Source of the DNA: Sphingomonas sp.
GTDB taxonomy: Bacteria; Pseudomonadota; Alphaproteobacteria; Sphingomonadales; Sphingomonadaceae
NCBI GenBank assembly: GCA_013812805.1
Contig: JACCSV010000225.1
Location: 1 to 35,159, forward strand
Length of the DNA stretch: 35,159 nucleotides
Reading direction: 5' to 3'
Shown in pieces: positions 30,753 through 35,159 of the stretch. The notes below the pieces were generated by a model. It was not told the origin of the DNA. It did no database searches and worked only from the letters and a program-made list of their open reading frames with translations. Every line of letters begins with the position of its first letter. The stretch's first letter is position 1. The position numbers and the translations under genes are program-made.

Positions 30753-31769
30753 ATGCAAACGCTGACCATCCGCCGCCCCGACGACTGGCACGTCCATTTG
30801 CGCGATGGCGAGATGCTCAAGGCCGTCGCTCCCTTCACCGCCCGCCAGTTCGCCCGCGCCATCGTCATGCCCAACCTGTTGCCGCCGGTGACCACAGTCG
30901 CCGCTGCCGCCGAATACCGCGATCGCATCCTCGTCGCTGCCGGCCCCGGCTTCACGCCGCTGATGACCTGCTACCTCACCGACCAGGCCGACGCCGAGGA
31001 GATCGCCCGCGGCTTCGCGGAACGGGTCTGGGTCGCGGCAAAGCTCTACCCGGCCAACGCCACCACCAATTCCGCCTCGGGAGTGACCGACGTCCGCAAT
31101 CTTCACGCGGCGCTGGAGCGGATGCAGGCGATCGGAATGCCGCTGCTGGTGCATGGCGAAGTCACCGACCCGGACGTTGACGTCTTCGACCGCGAGGCGG
31201 TGTTCATCGATCGCGTCCTGGAGCCGTTGACCCGCGATTTTCCTCAGCTCAAGATCGTCCTCGAGCACATCACCACGAAGGAAGCTGCAGACTTCGTCCG
31301 GTCCCGCGGCGATACGGTCGCGGCGACGATCACGCCGCAACATCTGATGATTAACCGCAATGCGCTGTTCGAGGGTGGGATTCGCCCCCATGCCTATTGT
31401 CTTCCCGTCGCCAAGCGTGAGCACCACCGGCTGGCGGTGCGCCGCGCCGCAACCTCCGGCTCGCCCAAATTCTTTCTCGGAACCGACAGTGCGCCGCACT
31501 CGCGCGACGCCAAGGAATCCGCCTGCGGCTGCGCCGGCATCTTCAACGCCCCGTTCGCGCTGGAGGTCTATGCGACGGTGTTCGACGAGGATGGCGCGCT
31601 CGACCGGCTGGAGGCATTCGCGAGTGAGAACGGTCCGCGCTTCTATGGTCTGCCGCTCAACGAGGGCAGAGTGACCCTCGTACCCGCAGAACAGGTGGTT
31701 CCCGAGCAGATCGGCAACCTGGTTCCGTTCCGCGCGGGTAAGATTGTTCGCTGGAAGCTACGGAACTGA
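30753..31769 (+). CDS. pyrC: dihydroorotase (homodimeric type)
   Basis: [44 protein letters not shown]. Start ATG 30753 or GTG 30747. Confidence 0.96.
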   Translation: MQTLTIRRPDDWHVHLRDGEMLKAVAPFTARQFARAIVMPNLLPPVTTVAAAAEYRDRILVAAGPGFTPLMTCYLTDQADAEEIARGFAERVWVAAKLYPANATTNSASGVTDVRNLHAALERMQAIGMPLLVHGEVTDPDVDVFDREAVFIDRVLEPLTRDFPQLKIVLEHITTKEAADFVRSRGDTVAATITPQHLMINRNALFEGGIRPHAYCLPVAKREHHRLAVRRAATSGSPKFFLGTDSAPHSRDAKESACGCAGIFNAPFALEVYATVFDEDGALDRLEAFASENGPRFYGLPLNEGRVTLVPAEQVVPEQIGNLVPFRAGKIVRWKLRN

Positions 31770-31773
31770 CCGG

Positions 31774-32538
31774 TCAGCCGCAGCCGCTGTTTCCGCCAGT
31801 CCCGCTGTTGCCGATGACCCCGGCAAAATGGCTTTCGACCGCCGCATAGCATTCGCACGAGTGGCGCTTGAGGCCGACCCGGTCGATAACCTCGATGGCG
31901 CCCCGGCGGCTGGTGATCAGCCCCTCGCTCTGTAGCTGCCGAGCGACGGCGTTGACCGTCGTTCGCTGCACGCCGAGCAGTCCAGCCAGCGCCTCCTGAG
32001 TCAGCGTGATGCGGTCGCCGGCGCGGTCCTGCGCGGTCAGCAGCCACCGCGCCGCACGCTTCTCGATCGGGTGGAACGTATTGCAGGCAACCGACTGCAT
32101 CACCTGGCTCAACAAAAAGTCCGAATATCGGCAGAACAGGTTGCGGATGTGGGCCGAGCGGAGCTTGGCCTGCTCGAGCTCGCGCATCGGCACGCGCAGC
32201 GCCGGCCCTTCGACCTGGACCTGGGCCCTGGCGAAGGCGGGCGTGTGGCCGCAGCTGACGATTCCGCCAACGGCACCTTCGTGACCGATCGAGGCGACCT
32301 CGATCGAGCGGTCGGAGTCGAGGTCAATGACCAGCGACACCATCGTCGTCCCGTACGGGAAATAGCTGCTGGTAACCCCGGAGCCCGAATCGTGGATGAC
32401 GTCATTGCGGTCGAGTTCGACAACGGTCGCGAACGGCTCCACCAACGCTCTCGCCTCGGCCGGAAAGGTCAGCAGCAGCCGGTTGCGTGCGAACGCTTCG
32501 TCGATCCGGCCGAGTTCGTCAGTTGCAACCAGGTTCAT
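31774..32538 (-). CDS. Crp/Fnr family transcriptional regulator
   Basis: cNMP-like domain (IGHEGAVG), QSVACN, HTH LTQEALAGLLGVQRTTVN, C-terminal SCECY. Confidence 0.9.
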   Translation of the reverse strand: MNLVATDELGRIDEAFARNRLLLTFPAEARALVEPFATVVELDRNDVIHDSGSGVTSSYFPYGTTMVSLVIDLDSDRSIEVASIGHEGAVGGIVSCGHTPAFARAQVQVEGPALRVPMRELEQAKLRSAHIRNLFCRYSDFLLSQVMQSVACNTFHPIEKRAARWLLTAQDRAGDRITLTQEALAGLLGVQRTTVNAVARQLQSEGLITSRRGAIEVIDRVGLKRHSCECYAAVESHFAGVIGNSGTGGNSGCG

Positions 32539-32651
32539 CTCTTACCGGCTCCTCGCGAGCCCGGCACGACTCTCGCAGGTGGAAGCCCCAGTCCTTACGC
32601 CTGGCCGTCCGCGCACCTCAAGGTTTATCGCTCGCCCGTAACGCCGGTTGG

Positions 32652-33581
32652 TCAGCGGGGCGTCGGCCCCACGGTTTCGCGGCCGCCCAGAAGCAGGCAG
32701 TCGGCGACCAGCCGCAGCGGAGCGACGTCGACGTGGCTTTGGCGCTCGTCGATCAGCTGCACGAACTTGCGGTAGATGTCGGGATATTCACCGAGGCCTT
32801 CGCACGCCTGCTCGGCGCTGTCGATCAGCAGCCTGCCGCCGCCGTCGGTAAGCCGCAGTTCCTCGCCTTCGAAGGTGCGAACCGTGATCGTCCACTCCTC
32901 GCCTTTGCTCCGCCGAAAGTCGAAGCTGCAGTGGAGGCGCCCGTCGGCGACGGGGCTGGTAAAGTCGATCTCGGCGGCGACTGCGGTCTGTGCGTCCTGG
33001 GGGAAGCTAAGCATCGCCTGGCTCACGAACAAAGGACCCGGGAAGATCGCCGTCGCGATCGACAGGGCGTTGATGCCGGGATCGAACACGCCAAACCCGC
33101 CCGGCTCCCAGATCCATTGCTGGCCGGGGTGCCATTTGCGCACGTCCTCGTGCCAGACGATTTCCATCGCCGCGATGCGCTTGCCGGCGAGCGCTTTGGC
33201 CGCCGCCTCAACCGCCGCATTGTGCCGTGCGTGCCAGGTGGTGAACAAGGTCCGCTGTTCGGTCTCCGCGATGCAGGCGAGGTCGTGGATTTCCGCCAGT
33301 GTCACCGTCGGCGGTTTCTCAAGCAGCACGTGCAGGCCGCGCTCGAGGCAGGCTCGAGCGATGTCGTAGCGCGCCGTCGGAGGCGTCGTTAGCGCGACCG
33401 CATCGAGGCCCTCCACCTGCTCCAGCATCTCGCCGTAGCTGGTGAACCGGCGCGCGGTGCCGGCGCCCGAGCGGCTGACCGTCGCCACCAGCTCCAGCCG
33501 GTCGTTGCCGGCAATCGACGGCACATGCTGGTCGGCGGCGATCTTGCCGAAGCCGATGATGGCGATGTTCAGCGGTCGCAT
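32652..33581 (-). CDS. Gfo/Idh/MocA oxidoreductase, D-galactose (or L-arabinose) 1-dehydrogenase-like
   Basis: GFGKIA, LEKPP, WHEDVRKWHPGQQWIW, GVFDPGINALS. Co-oriented with and coupled to dgoA. Confidence 0.88.
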   Translation of the reverse strand: MRPLNIAIIGFGKIAADQHVPSIAGNDRLELVATVSRSGAGTARRFTSYGEMLEQVEGLDAVALTTPPTARYDIARACLERGLHVLLEKPPTVTLAEIHDLACIAETEQRTLFTTWHARHNAAVEAAAKALAGKRIAAMEIVWHEDVRKWHPGQQWIWEPGGFGVFDPGINALSIATAIFPGPLFVSQAMLSFPQDAQTAVAAEIDFTSPVADGRLHCSFDFRRSKGEEWTITVRTFEGEELRLTDGGGRLLIDSAEQACEGLGEYPDIYRKFVQLIDERQSHVDVAPLRLVADCLLLGGRETVGPTPR

Positions 33582-34210
33582 CAGCGCGCGACCGCGGCGA
33601 CGAACGCGCGCGCCTTGTCCAGCGTTTCCGCTGCGCTCTGCCCCGGCTTGTAGAGCCCGCCCCCAAGGCCGAACCCGTTCGCCCCGGCATCAAGCCAAAC
33701 GTTGACGGTGTCAGGCGTGACCCCGCCAACGACGAGCAGCCGCACCGCCTTCGGAAGCACGGCGCGGATCGCCTTCACCACCTGCGGCGAAGCGGCCTCG
33801 GCCGGGAACAGCTTGAGCGCATGGGCACCACTTTCAATCGCGGAAAACGCTTCGCTGGGCGTGAATATGCCCGGGCTGGAGACCATCCCGGCCTCCACCG
33901 TCGCCCGAATGACTGCTGGGTTCGCGTTAGGGGACACAACCAGCCGGCCGCCCGCATCTCTGACCCGCGCGACATCGTCGGCCCGAAGCACCGTACCGGC
34001 GCCGATCAGCGCGTCCTCGCCGAACCGCTCCGCCAGCCGCTCGATGCTCGCCAGCGGCTCGGGAGAATTGAGCGGCACTTCGATAATTCGAATCCCGCCT
34101 TCGATCAGCGCTTCGCCGATCGCCACCGCTTCGCCGGGCGTGACCCCGCGGATGATCGCCACCAGCGGGCACTGTTCGAAACAGCGGTCGAACATCTCCG
34201 TTGCGCTCAT
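33581..34210 (-). CDS. dgoA: 2-dehydro-3-deoxy-6-phosphogalactonate aldolase
   Basis: PLVAIIRG, IEVPLNSP, GAGTV, Schiff-base LKLFPAE, VGGV. Confidence 0.92.
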   Translation of the reverse strand: MSATEMFDRCFEQCPLVAIIRGVTPGEAVAIGEALIEGGIRIIEVPLNSPEPLASIERLAERFGEDALIGAGTVLRADDVARVRDAGGRLVVSPNANPAVIRATVEAGMVSSPGIFTPSEAFSAIESGAHALKLFPAEAASPQVVKAIRAVLPKAVRLLVVGGVTPDTVNVWLDAGANGFGLGGGLYKPGQSAAETLDKARAFVAAVAR

Positions 34211-35091
34211 TCGATCAGCTCCACGATCTTGCGCGCACCGGCGAGGAACGCCTGCTCGCCGTTGATTTCCACAGCCTCAACCCCGTCCTCCTTCAGCGCC
34301 GCCGCATACAGTTCCGTCAGCTCGGGGCGGCCCATCACCACCACCGGCAAGTTCGACCGTTGCTCGAGCCCGACTCGAAGATCGTGCCCAATCAGGAGCC
34401 CGCTGACGAACGGCCCGGCGTCTTCGGCGCGGCCTCGGCCGAGCAGGACCCGGGCGCGGGTTTCGAACAGCTCGGCGGTCAGCGCCGCGCCGGCCAGGCC
34501 CTTGCGGACACCTTCCCGGAACGCCTCGTTCGGCTCGACATCCGCCTGCAGCAATTCGGACAATATGCTCTTGTCGCGCAGCAGGTTGAACAGCTCGCCG
34601 GTCATCACCGTCCGAAACGTACGGATACGCCCGCCGCGCAGCTCAATCCACTTGTTGTGGGTGCCGGGGTGGCAGACCAGGCAATCGGGCGGGATGTCCT
34701 CGGCCGCCGCAGCGCCGAGGATCTGCACTTCCTCGCCGCGCATCACGTCTGCGCGCTCGTCCAGGTAGGCGACTCCTGGAACCAGCGCTGCCGAGCGGTC
34801 CGGCGACCACACCAGCCGTTGCGCCAGATCGTCGAGTCCCGCGGGACAATGAGCATAGGGCACTTCGATCCAGCCGCGGTTGGAGCCTACCATTCCGGCG
34901 AGCAGCATCGGCTTGTCGCCCAGCCGCTGGCGAATCTCGCCGACTGCCGCCTCGAACCCGCCAACCGGCACCGACAGAACACCCTGGTCGTCCTCGAACT
35001 CGCTCGAGCAGCGGCCATCGCTATCGATCACGTAGGCGCGACGGTTCGTCGTCCCCCAATCGACGGCAATGAAACCCTCAGCCCAGCGCAT
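34207..35091 (-). CDS. dgoK: 2-dehydro-3-deoxygalactonokinase
   Basis: VDWGTTNRRA, GMVGSNRGW, DVMRGEE, PGTHNKW, MTGELF. Start 35091 or 35103. Confidence 0.92.
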   Translation of the reverse strand: MRWAEGFIAVDWGTTNRRAYVIDSDGRCSSEFEDDQGVLSVPVGGFEAAVGEIRQRLGDKPMLLAGMVGSNRGWIEVPYAHCPAGLDDLAQRLVWSPDRSAALVPGVAYLDERADVMRGEEVQILGAAAAEDIPPDCLVCHPGTHNKWIELRGGRIRTFRTVMTGELFNLLRDKSILSELLQADVEPNEAFREGVRKGLAGAALTAELFETRARVLLGRGRAEDAGPFVSGLLIGHDLRVGLEQRSNLPVVVMGRPELTELYAAALKEDGVEAVEINGEQAFLAGARKIVELIE

Positions 35092-35159
35092 GCGTCCGCC
35101 CATTGCCCCAAAACCCGCGGGAGTGCGACATGGCTCCGCGGTTTCCTTTTGCGCCGGTC

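Noticed and set aside
35111-35150. Hairpin with a T-rich tail as a plus-strand terminator, or the start of a new gene
   Set aside because: No plus-strand gene precedes it, the stem is bulged, and the window edge prevents assessment.

Overview
High-GC alphaproteobacterial chromosome segment, most consistent with Sphingomonadaceae. That assignment is inferred from the class I LysRS, an alpha-type SspB, a CCCTTCGACAAGCTCAGGGC repeat and the overall gene content. The window is densely packed with about 34 mostly housekeeping or envelope genes. In order: MerR 3' end, sixA-like, dinG-like, lysS (class I), S41 peptidase, Lrp, RcnB-like, L,D-transpeptidase, PAS-GGDEF-EAL, M1 aminopeptidase, LytS/LytTR/ICL-PEPM-family operon, ABC-2 exporter, queG, lipoprotein, adenosine kinase, APC permease, HIT, sspB-fumC-lipoprotein, PagL-like beta-barrel, DUF2585, acnA-GFA-CBU_0592-like, ygfZ, pyrC, Crp/Fnr, and a partial De Ley-Doudoroff cluster (galactose dehydrogenase, dgoA, dgoK). 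I see no RNA genes, CRISPR array, transposase, prophage or defence island, and I cannot claim a clearly new system. The best leads are a LytS/LytTR-lyase-aminopeptidase module, a PagL-like gene in a probably LPS-less lineage, a REP-like hairpin that may supply the queG -35 element, a CtrA-like box before the c-di-GMP enzyme, and repeated promoter geometry suggesting leaderless mRNAs.
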